Notes: generated by a model not told the origin, from the letters alone. A DNA stretch of 56,785 bases from Opitutaceae bacterium (GCA_035650695.1 DASRHD010000047.1:1-56785), one strand, 5' to 3'. Numbered from the stretch's first letter, positions 20,701 through 30,631 are shown. Numbers and translations are program-made.

Positions 20701-23700
20701 GGGGGTGGGGCGCCGGGTGCGGCGGCCGCGGGCGCGGCGGCCGGTGCTGCCTGGCCGTCGCCGGCGAGGGCGGAGAGGTGACGATAAAGCGCGTAATGGC
20801 GGTGCACATACGCCTGGGCGCGGCCAGCGAGCTCGGTGGCGCGTTCCGGGTCGACATTGCGAAGGATGCCGAAACGGGTCTCGTTGCCGGTGAACCTGGC
20901 GAGATCGCCTTTCGGTGCGCCGGAGTCGAGGCGGAGGGCGGGTTCGCCTTTCTCCGCCAGGCGGGGATCGTAGCGGAAAAGCATCCAGTAGCCGCTGTCG
21001 ACGGCGAGCTTCTGCTGCTCCGCGCCGAGGTGAAGGGGGAAGCCATGGGCGATGCAGTGGGCGTAGGCGATGATCAGGGCGGGACCGTTGTAGGATTCGG
21101 CCTCGCGCAATGCCGCGACCGTCTGGCTGTCCTTGGCGCCGAAGGCGACGTGGGCGACGTAGACGTGACCGTATTGCATGGCCATGAGGGCGAGATCCTT
21201 TTTGGGGATGGATTTCCCGCCGGCGGCAAACTTCGCCACCGCGCCGAGCGGGGTGGACTTAGAAGACTGGCCGCCGGTGTTGGAGTAAACCTCGGTGTCG
21301 AGGACGAGCACCTTGACGTTGGCGCCGGAGGCGAGCACATGGTCGAGACCGCCGTAACCGATGTCATAGGCCCAGCCGTCGCCACCGATGATCCAGACCG
21401 TTTTCTTGACGAGATCGTCAGCCAGGGCTTCGAGCCGGCGGGCGTCGGGCATGGGCAGGGCGCGGAGGGTCTGGCGCAGGGCGGCCACCCGCTCACGCTG
21501 CAGGGCGATCCCGGCCTCATTGGCCTGATCGGCGTCGAGCAGAGCGCGGGCAAAATCAGCGCCGACGGCCGGCGCGAGGCGCGCGAGCAGTTCGCGGGCG
21601 GCGCGGGCGCGCTGCTCCACGGCGAGGTGCAGGCCGAGACCGAATTCAGCGTTGTCCTCGAAGAGAGAGTTGGCCCAGGCGGGGCCGCGGCCGTCGCGAT
21701 TGGCGCAGTACGGCGTGGTCGGCAGGTTGCCGCCATAGATGGAGGAGCAGCCGGTGGCGTTGGCCACCAGCATCCGGTCGCCGAAGAGCTGGGTGAGCAG
21801 CTTGAGATAGGGCGTTTCGCCGCAACCGCCGCAGGCGCCGGAAAATTCCATCAGCGGAGTGAAAAACTGGGAGTTTTTGACCGTGGCGGCGTCGAGCTTG
21901 GTGCGGTCCGGGTCGGGAAGCTGAAGAAAGAATTCCCAGTTCTTGCGGTCGGCGGCGAGGCGGGGCGGTTGCGGAACCATGTCGATCGCCTTGTGGCGCG
22001 GGTTCGTCTTGTCCTTGGCCGGGCAGACCTGGACGCAGATGGAGCAACCGGTGCAATCCTCAGGTGCGACCTGGAGGGTGTAGCGCTGATTGGGAAATTC
22101 GTTGGAGCGGAAGGGCGTGGAGAGGAATCCTTCCGGCGCGCCCTTGAGCGCGGCGGGATCGAAGAATTTCGCCCGGATCACGGCATGCGGGCAGACGAGC
22201 ACGCACTTGTTGCACTGGATGCACACCGCCGGGTCCCACGCCGGAACTTCCAGCGCGATGTTGCGTTTTTCGAACCGGGAGGTGCCGGTGGGCCAGCAGC
22301 CGTCGAAGGGCATGGCGCTGACCGGCATGAGATCGCCTTGGTTGGCGAGGAGCGGCGCCGTGACCTTCTGCACGAATTCGGGCGCATGACGGAAGCTGCG
22401 CGCCGCCGTCGGCGTGGCGGTGGCGTCGGGTGCGGCCGGGATTTTGACCTCATGCAGCCCGGCCAGGGCGGCATCGACCGCGGCGTAATTCATCTTCACG
22501 ATCTGCTCGCCCTTCTTGCCGTAGGTCTTGTCGATCGCCTTCTTGATTTGCTTGATGGCCTCCTCGGGCGGAAGCACGCCGGAGAGGGCGAAGAAACAGG
22601 TCTGAAGCACGGTGTTGGTGCGCCGGCCCATGCCGCAGGTGTGCGCCACCTGGGTGGCATCGATGACGAAAAGACGGAGTTTTTTCGCGACGAGCGTCTC
22701 CTGCCATTCGCGGGGGAGTTTTTTCCAGGTCTCCTCCGGCGAATAAGGCGAATTGAGCAATACAGTGGCGCCGGGCGCGGCGTAGCCGAGAACATCGGCG
22801 GTGCCGACGAAGCTGAACTGGCTGCAGGCGACGAAGCCGGCCTGGCGGATGAGGTAGGGCGCGCGAATCGGCCGGGGCCCGAACCGCAGGTGCGAGACCG
22901 TCATCGAGCCGGACTTCTTCGAATCGTAAACAAAGTAGCCCTGGGCGAAGTTACTCGTTTGTTCGCCGATGATCTTGATCGAATTTTTGTTCGCTCCGAC
23001 GGTGCCGTCCGCACCGAGGCCGACAAAAACGCACCGCCGCACATCCGCCGCCTCGAGGTCGAAGTCGGCCTCATAAGGCAGGGAGGTGCCGGTGACGTCG
23101 TCGTTGATGCCGACGGTGAAACCATGGCGCGGGGCTTTGGTCGCGAGGTGGGCGAAAACTCCGCGGGCCATGCCGGGGGTGAATTCCTTCGAGCCGAGGC
23201 CGTAGCGTCCGCCGATGACGCCGGGGGCGCCATGGGTCCCGTTTTGGGCGAGCGCACCGATCACGCTGAGATAAAGCGGCTCGCCGAGCGAGCCGGGCTC
23301 CTTGGTCCGATCGAGGGTGGCGATGATTTTTGCCGTCTTGGGCAGGGCGGCGCGGAAGGCCGCGACGTCGAACGGCAAAAAGAGGCGCACGGCGATCACG
23401 CCGACCTTTTCGCCGTGCGCCACCAGCCAGTCTACGGTTTCAGAAAGAGTTTCGACGCTGCTGCCCATGGCGACGACGATGCGCTCCGCTTCGGGATGGC
23501 CATGGTAATCGAACAAGCGGTAATTCCGGCCGGTGACGGCGGCAAATTTGTCCATCACCGCCTGGACCGCTCCCGGGGCCGCTTGATAGAAGCGGTTGAC
23601 CGCCTCGCGGCCCTGAAAGTACACGTCGGGATTCTGGGCCGTGCCGCGGAGGGTGGGCCGGTCGGGCGTCATCGCCCGCGAGCGGAAGGCGGCGATGTCG

Positions 23701-24365
23701 GCCTCGTCGATCACCGCGCGCAAAACGTCGTCGGAGAGAAGGGCGAGCTTGGAGACCTCATGCGAGGTGCGGAAGCCGTCGAAGAAATGGATGAAGGGCA
23801 GGCGGGTGCGGTAGCTGGCGGCGTGGGCGATGAGGGCGAGATCGTGCGCCTCCTGGGCGGAATTGCTGCAGAGCAGGGCGCAGCCGGTGGCGCGACAGGC
23901 CATCACGTCCTGGTGGTCGCCGAAAATGGAAAGCGCCTGGGCGGCGAGGGCGCGGGCGCTGACGTGCATGGTGAAGGGGAGCAGCTCGCCCGCGATCTTG
24001 TAGAGATTCGGGATCATCAGCAGCAGTCCCTGCGACGCGGTGAAGGTCGTGGTCAGCGCCCCGCCGAGCAGGCCGCCGTGAACCGCGCCGGCCACGCCGC
24101 CCTCGGACTGCATCTCGACCACGCGGGGAACCTCGCCCCACAAGTTCGGCCGGTCCGCCGCGGCCCATTCGTCGGCCAACTCCGCCATCGTCGAGGACGG
24201 CGTGATCGGATAGATGGCGACCAGCTCGTTCAGCCGGTAGGCGACGTCCGCCGCGGCCTCGTTGCCATCGATGGTCTTGAACGCCGCCGGCTTCACGACC
24301 TCGCCGGGAGCCGGCAGGGAAGGTTTGTCCGCCGGGCTGGCAGAAACTTTTTTGGGTGCGACCAT
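20697..24365 (-). CDS. nifJ: pyruvate:ferredoxin (flavodoxin) oxidoreductase
   Basis: ~1220-aa single-chain PFOR with two ferredoxin-type motifs (CIQCNKCVLVCP, CTGCSICVQVCP) and the TPP domain GGDGWAYDIGYGGLDH. Start set at ATG 24365 (MVAPKK). The C-terminus is an Ala/Pro-rich tail. Confidence 0.95.
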   Translation of the reverse strand: MVAPKKVSASPADKPSLPAPGEVVKPAAFKTIDGNEAAADVAYRLNELVAIYPITPSSTMAELADEWAAADRPNLWGEVPRVVEMQSEGGVAGAVHGGLLGGALTTTFTASQGLLLMIPNLYKIAGELLPFTMHVSARALAAQALSIFGDHQDVMACRATGCALLCSNSAQEAHDLALIAHAASYRTRLPFIHFFDGFRTSHEVSKLALLSDDVLRAVIDEADIAAFRSRAMTPDRPTLRGTAQNPDVYFQGREAVNRFYQAAPGAVQAVMDKFAAVTGRNYRLFDYHGHPEAERIVVAMGSSVETLSETVDWLVAHGEKVGVIAVRLFLPFDVAAFRAALPKTAKIIATLDRTKEPGSLGEPLYLSVIGALAQNGTHGAPGVIGGRYGLGSKEFTPGMARGVFAHLATKAPRHGFTVGINDDVTGTSLPYEADFDLEAADVRRCVFVGLGADGTVGANKNSIKIIGEQTSNFAQGYFVYDSKKSGSMTVSHLRFGPRPIRAPYLIRQAGFVACSQFSFVGTADVLGYAAPGATVLLNSPYSPEETWKKLPREWQETLVAKKLRLFVIDATQVAHTCGMGRRTNTVLQTCFFALSGVLPPEEAIKQIKKAIDKTYGKKGEQIVKMNYAAVDAALAGLHEVKIPAAPDATATPTAARSFRHAPEFVQKVTAPLLANQGDLMPVSAMPFDGCWPTGTSRFEKRNIALEVPAWDPAVCIQCNKCVLVCPHAVIRAKFFDPAALKGAPEGFLSTPFRSNEFPNQRYTLQVAPEDCTGCSICVQVCPAKDKTNPRHKAIDMVPQPPRLAADRKNWEFFLQLPDPDRTKLDAATVKNSQFFTPLMEFSGACGGCGETPYLKLLTQLFGDRMLVANATGCSSIYGGNLPTTPYCANRDGRGPAWANSLFEDNAEFGLGLHLAVEQRARAARELLARLAPAVGADFARALLDADQANEAGIALQRERVAALRQTLRALPMPDARRLEALADDLVKKTVWIIGGDGWAYDIGYGGLDHVLASGANVKVLVLDTEVYSNTGGQSSKSTPLGAVAKFAAGGKSIPKKDLALMAMQYGHVYVAHVAFGAKDSQTVAALREAESYNGPALIIAYAHCIAHGFPLHLGAEQQKLAVDSGYWMLFRYDPRLAEKGEPALRLDSGAPKGDLARFTGNETRFGILRNVDPERATELAGRAQAYVHRHYALYRHLSALAGDGQAAPAAAPAAAAPGAPPP

Positions 24366-24378
24366 TTTAAATAAGTGT

Positions 24379-25506
24379 TTAGTTAGCCGAGAACTTGGGC
24401 CCGGTAAGATTACCGCCAACCGCCCCGCCGGACTTCACTGTCTTTGGCAATTGTTCGTCGTTTTTTGCCGCGGCGGTTTTCGGCGGCGAAAACGGGGCCG
24501 GTCCCGGCGTACCGGCGGCCTTGGGGTCAGGATTCCACTGGGCGGTGGATTGCGCGCGGTAATCGCTGGGTGACTGGCCGAGGAGCCGGCGGAAGACGCG
24601 ATTGAAGTGGGTGAGGGATTGGAAGCCGACGGCAAAGGCGATCTCGCTCACCCGCAGGTGGGGATTGATCAGAAGATTTTTCGATTTCTCGATTCGGACG
24701 CGGGAGACGTAGTCGGTGAAATTGATCCCGGTGGTCTTCTTGAAGACCTTGCAGAAGTGGAACGGGCTCATGTTGACCGCCTTGGCCACGCGGCCGAGGG
24801 AGAGCTCCTCGGCATGGAACTCCTGGATGTGCTCGCGGGCCCGGGTGATGCTGGGCGGCTCGGCGTTTTCCCGCTCGATGAAAACCTGGTTGCTCAACAT
24901 GGCGAGGTGCTGCGCAAAAATGGTAAGCAATTTGATGAGCGATTCCTGCTGTTCGTGGGAGAGGTGCCGGCTGGCGAAGTACGCCTTCTTCAGCACCGGC
25001 GACGGCAGGTCCACGCCCCATTTGGCCATCAGCCGGGCGGTGCGGGCGAACTGGCGTGGATTCGGTTTCTTGCGGAAGAGCTGTCCGGTCTGCAGGAATC
25101 CGATCAGGCGGCCGCTCAACCGCACCGGCACGGCGATTTCGCACAGACCGGTCGGGCAGGAGATGGTTTGCGCGTCCATCGCCGCCTTTTCGACCAGGCG
25201 GGCCTGGACCTGGAGGCATGAGGCGCAGACCCGTCCCCAGCGGGAGATCAGGGCGCAAAAATGGTTTTCATTGCGCTTGCCGTGATGCGGCAACTTCCAC
25301 GGATCGACCGGCTGGAGAGTCATGGACAGACCCGTCATGTTGCTGAAGGCGCGCTCGTATTCCCGGTAGATCTTCGAATTGGTCAGCGCGTCGATCAGGG
25401 CGCGGTTGTCGCTGTCCTGATCTTTGGCCTCGGCCAGGTTCTCGGAGTGAAACGGATCCTGGTGCACCAAGGAGAGGGAATCGGATTTAACAAAGGGTGG
25501 TTGCAT
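24379..25506 (-). CDS. AraC-family transcriptional regulator with N-terminal PocR-type sensor domain
   Basis: The N-terminal half has the PocR-like block CALISRWGRVCASCLQ...ISCPTGLCEIAVPV...GFLQTGQ. The C-terminal half has the AraC HTH pair (LGRVAKAVNMSPFHFCKVFK, VSEIAFAVGFQSLTHFNRVFRR). The stop is 13 nt from the nifJ start. Confidence 0.85.
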   Translation of the reverse strand: MQPPFVKSDSLSLVHQDPFHSENLAEAKDQDSDNRALIDALTNSKIYREYERAFSNMTGLSMTLQPVDPWKLPHHGKRNENHFCALISRWGRVCASCLQVQARLVEKAAMDAQTISCPTGLCEIAVPVRLSGRLIGFLQTGQLFRKKPNPRQFARTARLMAKWGVDLPSPVLKKAYFASRHLSHEQQESLIKLLTIFAQHLAMLSNQVFIERENAEPPSITRAREHIQEFHAEELSLGRVAKAVNMSPFHFCKVFKKTTGINFTDYVSRVRIEKSKNLLINPHLRVSEIAFAVGFQSLTHFNRVFRRLLGQSPSDYRAQSTAQWNPDPKAAGTPGPAPFSPPKTAAAKNDEQLPKTVKSGGAVGGNLTGPKFSAN

Positions 25507-25863
25507 GACGGCAAGATAAGTTCAGGGCGGGCCCAATTTAGGTAATGTATAGGAGTGGGCCTTTTCCCGCCGTGCGTTTGTTGGCAATCATCGCGCAAGT
25601 CTTGCCAAAAACCGCATATGAATAGCCAACCGATGCACAGCCGGCGGGCGCCGGGCATGCTACGTTTGAGCGCCGCCATGAAACTGAACCGCACTCTCTT
25701 CCACCCGCCGGGGCCGCGTCGGCCGTTGCTCGCCCTCGCACCGGCGGCCCGGGCCCATCCCGGGGAGGGGGCGACGCCGGGTTTTGACGACGATCTGGCC
25801 GGCGGCGCCGGCTTTGTCGCCGCCCGGGCGGTGGGATCATTTCTGTCGGGAAAATTTTAAGCC

Positions 25864-26208
25864 ATGCACGAAGCCGGAATCATGGAATCAACCCTCGCTC
25901 TCGCCGCGGCCAAGGCCCGCGACCAGGGGGCGACGCGGATCCATCGCATCGTGCTTCGCATCGGCGCACTTTCCGGTGTTGAGCCGGAAGCCTTGCGTTT
26001 CGCGTTCGACGCAATGGCAAAGCAAACCCCCGCAGCCGGTGCCGTGCTCGACATCGAGACGGTGCCGGCTTGCGGACGGTGCGAGGAGTGCGATCTCGAA
26101 TTCGAAGTGACCTCCGGTTTCATTTTCACCTGCCCGAAATGCGGACGAATCTCGGGCGATTTGAACCAGGGGCGGGAGCTTGAGCTCGCCCGTCTCGAAA
26201 TTTCCTGA
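25864..26208 (+). CDS. hypA: hydrogenase nickel insertion protein HypA
   Basis: N-terminal MHE motif. Zn site CGRCEEC...CPKCG. 114 aa. Confidence 0.9.
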   Translation: MHEAGIMESTLALAAAKARDQGATRIHRIVLRIGALSGVEPEALRFAFDAMAKQTPAAGAVLDIETVPACGRCEECDLEFEVTSGFIFTCPKCGRISGDLNQGRELELARLEIS

Positions 26209-26210
26209 CC

Positions 26211-26891
26211 ATGTCCTCCGACTCCGCCACCGCCTCCATCCGCTCGATCGACGTCGGAATTTCCCTGCTCGAGGCCAACGACCGGTTGGCGGAGCGCAAT
26301 CGCGCCGAATTCCGCCGCCGCTGTATCACCGCGCTCAACCTTTTATCCTCGCCCGGGGCGGGCAAGACCACGCTGCTCGAGCGCACGCTCGACCAGTTCG
26401 GCCGGGAAACCCGCTGCGCCGTGATCGTCGGCGACCTCGAGACCGACAACGACGCGCGGCGACTGCGCCGGCCGCATGCGCCGGTCGTCCAGATCACCAC
26501 CGGCACCGCCTGCCATCTCGAGGCGGCGATGGTGGCGCGGAGCGCGGCGGCGATGGACTTGAGCGGCGTCCGGATGCTTTTCATCGAAAATGTCGGCAAC
26601 CTTGTCTGCCCCGCCTCCTTCGATTTGGGCGAGACGGCGCGGGTGGTGCTCCTTTCCACCACCGAGGGCGAGGACAAGCCGCTGAAATATCCGCCGATTT
26701 TCAAATCTGCACAGGTTGTGCTTCTGACCAAGATCGACGTCGCCGACGTGCTCGGTTTCGACCGGGCGGCCGCGATCAAAAATATCCACCGCATCGCCCC
26801 CCAGGCAAAATTGATTCAACTCTCCGCCCGCACCGGCGAAGGCCTGGAGGAGTGGTACGACTTTCTCCGCACGCTGGTGCCGCGGACCTGA
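26211..26891 (+). CDS. hypB: hydrogenase nickel incorporation GTPase HypB
   Basis: P-loop SSPGAGKTTLLE, ENVGNLVCPA, LTKIDV. No His-rich N-terminus. Confidence 0.9.
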   Translation: MSSDSATASIRSIDVGISLLEANDRLAERNRAEFRRRCITALNLLSSPGAGKTTLLERTLDQFGRETRCAVIVGDLETDNDARRLRRPHAPVVQITTGTACHLEAAMVARSAAAMDLSGVRMLFIENVGNLVCPASFDLGETARVVLLSTTEGEDKPLKYPPIFKSAQVVLLTKIDVADVLGFDRAAAIKNIHRIAPQAKLIQLSARTGEGLEEWYDFLRTLVPRT

Positions 26892-26895
26892 TCCC

Positions 26896-29229
26896 ATGGT
26901 CGCCGGTTTTCAGCCTCCGCTGGGACAAGCCGCCGGGGCCGATGTGACGGTGCGGGTAAGGGGCACTGTCCAGGGGGTGGGCTTCCGCCCGTTCGTGCAT
27001 CGCGTCGCCTCGCAGCTGCAACTCCGCGGCTGGGTGCGCAACGATCCGCAGGGCGTCCTGATCCGGGCCGCGGGCGCGCCGGCCGCCGTGGCCGCGCTCG
27101 TGCAGGCCCTGGAGGAGGAGGCGCCGCCCGCCGCCCGCGTCCTCTCGGTGGAAAGCCGGGCCACCGGCCAGGCCGCGGAGCCGCTGACCGGCGCCTTTGC
27201 CATCGTCGCGAGCGAAGCCGGGGGTTTGCCCGTAAAAACGGCCCTGCCGGCGGACCTCGCGCTTTGTCCCGACTGCCGTCGCGAGCTGCTCGATCCGACG
27301 GACCGCCGTCACCGCTATCCCTTCATCAATTGCACCCAGTGCGGGCCTAGGTATTCAATTATTAAATACATGCCGTACGACCGCCCGCAGACGACGATGG
27401 CGGCCTTCCGGATGTGCCCGCACTGCCAGGCGGAGTACGGCGACCCGGCCAACCGGCGTTTTCACGCCCAGCCCAACGCCTGTCCGGCCTGCGGCCCGCA
27501 TGCGGTTCTGCGCCAGGCGGGCGAGCTGGACCGCCGGGGGGAACCGGCGATCGGCCGGGCGGTGAAACTGCTGGCCGGCGGCGGCATTCTCGCGGTCAAG
27601 GGCGTGGGCGGCTACCACTTGATGGTCGATGCGACCAATGAGGCGAGGGTGGCGGAATTGCGGCGACGGAAGCACCGCGACGAGAAACCGTTCGCGGTGA
27701 TGTTTCGCGACCTGGCGGCCGTGGCCGCCTCCGCCGAGGTCTCCGCAGAAGCCGCGGCCTTGCTCACCTCCGCCGCCGCGCCGATCCTGCTGTTGCAGCG
27801 GAAGCCGGATGCACCGCTCGCCCGCGGGATTGCCCCCGGCAATCCCTGGGTTGGAGCGCTCCTGCCTTACGCGCCGCTGCAGTTGCTGTTGCTCGAGGCT
27901 TTCGGCCGCCCGCTCGTCGCCACCAGTGGCAATCTGGCGGAGGAACCGCTTTGCACCGCCGAAGCCGACGCCCACCGCCGGCTGGCCCGCATCGCCGACG
28001 CTTTCCTCGAGCACAATCGTCCGATTGCGCACCCGGTGGACGATTCCGTGGTCCGTCTGACCCGCGGCGGCCCCGTCCGCCTGCGCCGCGCCCGCGGTTA
28101 TGCGCCTTCGCCCCTGCGCCTGCCCGCCCGGATCGACGGCAGCTGGCTGTGCGTGGGCGCGCAGATGAAAAATACGCTGGCCGTGGCGACGCAGGACCAG
28201 CTCGTGCTCAGCCCCCATATCGGCGATCTCGGCGGCGCCGCCACCCGCGACGTTTTTCACCGCACCGCCGAGGTGCTCGAACAAATCCACGACGCCAAGT
28301 TCACCCGGGTGGTTTGCGACAAGCATCCGGATTACGCCTCGACGCGCTACGCCGAGCAGACCGGCCTGCCGCGGATCGCGGTGCAGCATCATCTCGCGCA
28401 CGTGCTGGCCTGCCTGCTGGAACACGGGCGGCGGGCCGACGACGTGCTGGGCATCGCCTGGGACGGGACCGGCTACGGCGAGGACGGCACGGTGTGGGGC
28501 GGCGAATTTCTGCTGTTGCAAAATCACGAAGCCTGCCGGTTCGCGCGGCTGCGCCCGTTCCGGCTGCCGGGCGGGGAGGCGGCGATCCGCGACGGCCGTC
28601 GCACCGCGCTCGGCTTGGCCCACGCAGCCGGCCGGGAGCGTTTCGAGAGCATCGCCGGTTTGCTGGAATTTCCCGCGGTGGAAACAACCTTGCTGCAAAC
28701 CATGCTGGATCGATCGGTGCATTCGCCGGAGACCACGAGCATGGGGCGGCTTTTCGACGCGGTCGGCGCGCTGCTCGAGCTTTCTCCCCGCAACCATTTT
28801 GAAGGCCAGATCCCTCTGGCGGTGGAGGCGGCGGCCGGCGGCGGCCGTGACGTGGAACCCTTGCCGCTGCCGTTGCGCGACCTTTCCCCCGGCCGTGGCG
28901 CGATCAAGGAGCTGGATTGGGAACCGCTGCTGGACGCACTCATGCGTGCCCGGGCGCGCGGCCGCGCGCCGGGAGATATTGCCGCCGCTTTTCACCACGG
29001 GCTGGCCCGGGCCGCCGTCGCCGTCGCTCGCGAAGCCGGCGCGGGCACGGTGGCCCTGAGCGGCGGTTGTTTTCAAAACGCCCTGCTGACCGACCTGACC
29101 ACCGCGGCCCTACAAGAGGCCGGGTTTACCGTCCTGGTCCCACGCGAACTTCCCCCCAACGACGGCGCGATTGCCGCCGGCCAGGCGCTTGGCGCCTTGC
29201 TTCAACTCACCTCCGTCCGAATGCCCTAA
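26896..29229 (+). CDS. hypF: carbamoyltransferase HypF
   Basis: Acylphosphatase domain (VRGTVQGVGFRPFV), two Zn-finger pairs (CPDC..NCTQCGPRYS, CPHC..CPACGP), a YrdC-like domain (VKGVGGYHLMVDA) and a Kae1-like C-terminus. Confidence 0.95.
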   Translation: MVAGFQPPLGQAAGADVTVRVRGTVQGVGFRPFVHRVASQLQLRGWVRNDPQGVLIRAAGAPAAVAALVQALEEEAPPAARVLSVESRATGQAAEPLTGAFAIVASEAGGLPVKTALPADLALCPDCRRELLDPTDRRHRYPFINCTQCGPRYSIIKYMPYDRPQTTMAAFRMCPHCQAEYGDPANRRFHAQPNACPACGPHAVLRQAGELDRRGEPAIGRAVKLLAGGGILAVKGVGGYHLMVDATNEARVAELRRRKHRDEKPFAVMFRDLAAVAASAEVSAEAAALLTSAAAPILLLQRKPDAPLARGIAPGNPWVGALLPYAPLQLLLLEAFGRPLVATSGNLAEEPLCTAEADAHRRLARIADAFLEHNRPIAHPVDDSVVRLTRGGPVRLRRARGYAPSPLRLPARIDGSWLCVGAQMKNTLAVATQDQLVLSPHIGDLGGAATRDVFHRTAEVLEQIHDAKFTRVVCDKHPDYASTRYAEQTGLPRIAVQHHLAHVLACLLEHGRRADDVLGIAWDGTGYGEDGTVWGGEFLLLQNHEACRFARLRPFRLPGGEAAIRDGRRTALGLAHAAGRERFESIAGLLEFPAVETTLLQTMLDRSVHSPETTSMGRLFDAVGALLELSPRNHFEGQIPLAVEAAAGGGRDVEPLPLPLRDLSPGRGAIKELDWEPLLDALMRARARGRAPGDIAAAFHHGLARAAVAVAREAGAGTVALSGGCFQNALLTDLTTAALQEAGFTVLVPRELPPNDGAIAAGQALGALLQLTSVRMP

Positions 29230-29231
29230 CC

Positions 29232-29510
29232 ATGTGCCTCGCCGTTCCAGGTAAATTGCTCGATGTCCAGGGTGACGACCCGCTCTTGCGCAGCGGGCGC
29301 GTCAGTTTCGGAGGTGTGATCAAACCGGTCAGCCTGGCCTGCACGCCGGAGGCGCGGGCGGGCGATTACGTACTGGTCCACGTCGGTGTGGCCATCAGCG
29401 TGGTCGATCCGGCCGAGGCCGAGCAGACTTTGGGTTATTTGCGGGAAATGGGCGAGCTGGCCGAACTGGAAGACGAGCCGGCCTCCCCGTCATCCGCTCC
29501 ATCGCCATGA
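29232..29510 (+). CDS. hypC: hydrogenase assembly chaperone HypC
   Basis: [11 protein letters not shown]-terminus, 92 aa. In frame inside track ORF 28917-29510. ATGA overlap with hypD. Confidence 0.9.
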   Translation: MCLAVPGKLLDVQGDDPLLRSGRVSFGGVIKPVSLACTPEARAGDYVLVHVGVAISVVDPAEAEQTLGYLREMGELAELEDEPASPSSAPSP

Positions 29511-30631
29511 AATTTGTCGATGAATATCGCGACGCCGGGGCCGTGCGCTCGCTCGCCCGGGCCATCGCCCGGGTGACCACCCGGCCGTGGACGATCATGG
29601 AAATTTGCGGCGGGCAGACGCACGCTATCGTCAAATTCGGCCTCGACGAAATGCTGCCGCGCGGCGTCACCCTTGTGCACGGACCGGGCTGTCCGGTTTG
29701 CGTCACGCCGGCCGAGCTGATTGATCAGGCGGTCGCGCTCTCCCTCCGGCCCGAAATCATGCTTTGCTCCTTCGGCGACATGCTGCGCGTGCCGGGCACC
29801 GGCATCGACCTGCTCACGGCCAAAGCGCGCGGGGGCGACGTCCGCATCGTCTATTCGCCGCTTGACGCGGTGACCCTGGCGAAGAACAACCCCGCCCGCC
29901 AGATTGTCTTTTTTGCCGTCGGCTTTGAAACCACCGCGCCGGCCAATGCCATGGCGGTGTTGCGTGCGCGGCACGAGCGGCTGGAAAACTTTTCCCTGCT
30001 TGTTTCGCATGTGCTCGTGCCGCCGGCGATGTGCGCCATTCTCGGCTCGCCGGACAACTGCGTGCAGGGCTTCCTCGCCGCCGGTCACGTCTGCACCGTG
30101 ATGGGAACCCGCGAGTACGCGCCGATTGCGGAGAAGTATGGCGTGCCGGTGGTCGTCACCGGCTTTGAACCGGTGGACATTCTTGAGGGTACGCTGCGTT
30201 GCATCCGCCAGCTGGAGGCCGGGCGCGCGGAAGTGGAGAATGCTTACGCCCGGGTGGTGCGGGCGCCGGGCAACGAGGCTGCACGCGCCATCGTCGAGCA
30301 GGTTTTCACCGTGGTCGATCGCAACTGGCGCGGACTCGGTCCGATTCCCCGGAGCGGTTGGGACCTCGCTCCGGCTTTCGCCCGCTTCGATGCGGTGCGC
30401 AAGTTCGGCCTGGAGGTGACCGCTTCGGAGAATCTGGGTGGCTGCATCAGCGGCGAGATCATGCGCGGGGCAAAAAAGCCGGTTCATTGTCCGGCCTTCG
30501 GCACCCGCTGCACGCCGGAACATCCCGTGGGCGCGCCGATGGTGTCGAGCGAAGGCGCCTGCGCCGCCTACTACCGGTACCGCAACCGGCTGCCCGCCGT
30601 GGCGGCCGCCGCCGCGCGTTCGTCCGTTTAA
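29507..30631 (+). CDS. hypD: hydrogenase formation protein HypD
   Basis: [32 protein letters not shown] motifs. 374 aa. Confidence 0.95.
   Translation: MKFVDEYRDAGAVRSLARAIARVTTRPWTIMEICGGQTHAIVKFGLDEMLPRGVTLVHGPGCPVCVTPAELIDQAVALSLRPEIMLCSFGDMLRVPGTGIDLLTAKARGGDVRIVYSPLDAVTLAKNNPARQIVFFAVGFETTAPANAMAVLRARHERLENFSLLVSHVLVPPAMCAILGSPDNCVQGFLAAGHVCTVMGTREYAPIAEKYGVPVVVTGFEPVDILEGTLRCIRQLEAGRAEVENAYARVVRAPGNEAARAIVEQVFTVVDRNWRGLGPIPRSGWDLAPAFARFDAVRKFGLEVTASENLGGCISGEIMRGAKKPVHCPAFGTRCTPEHPVGAPMVSSEGACAAYYRYRNRLPAVAAAAARSSV

Noticed and set aside
20778-24374. 1198-aa ORF on the plus strand
   Set aside because: It is exactly antisense to nifJ. The translation is Gly/Ala/Arg/Asp-rich with no motifs, while the opposite strand encodes a full-length PFOR. 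This is a typical high-GC shadow ORF.
24366-24419. Upstream extension of the nifJ ORF (MAVILPGPSSRLTKHLFK)
   Set aside because: It would overlap the 3' end of the AraC regulator gene. The internal ATG at 24365 leaves a clean 13-nt intergenic gap. The choice is not proven.
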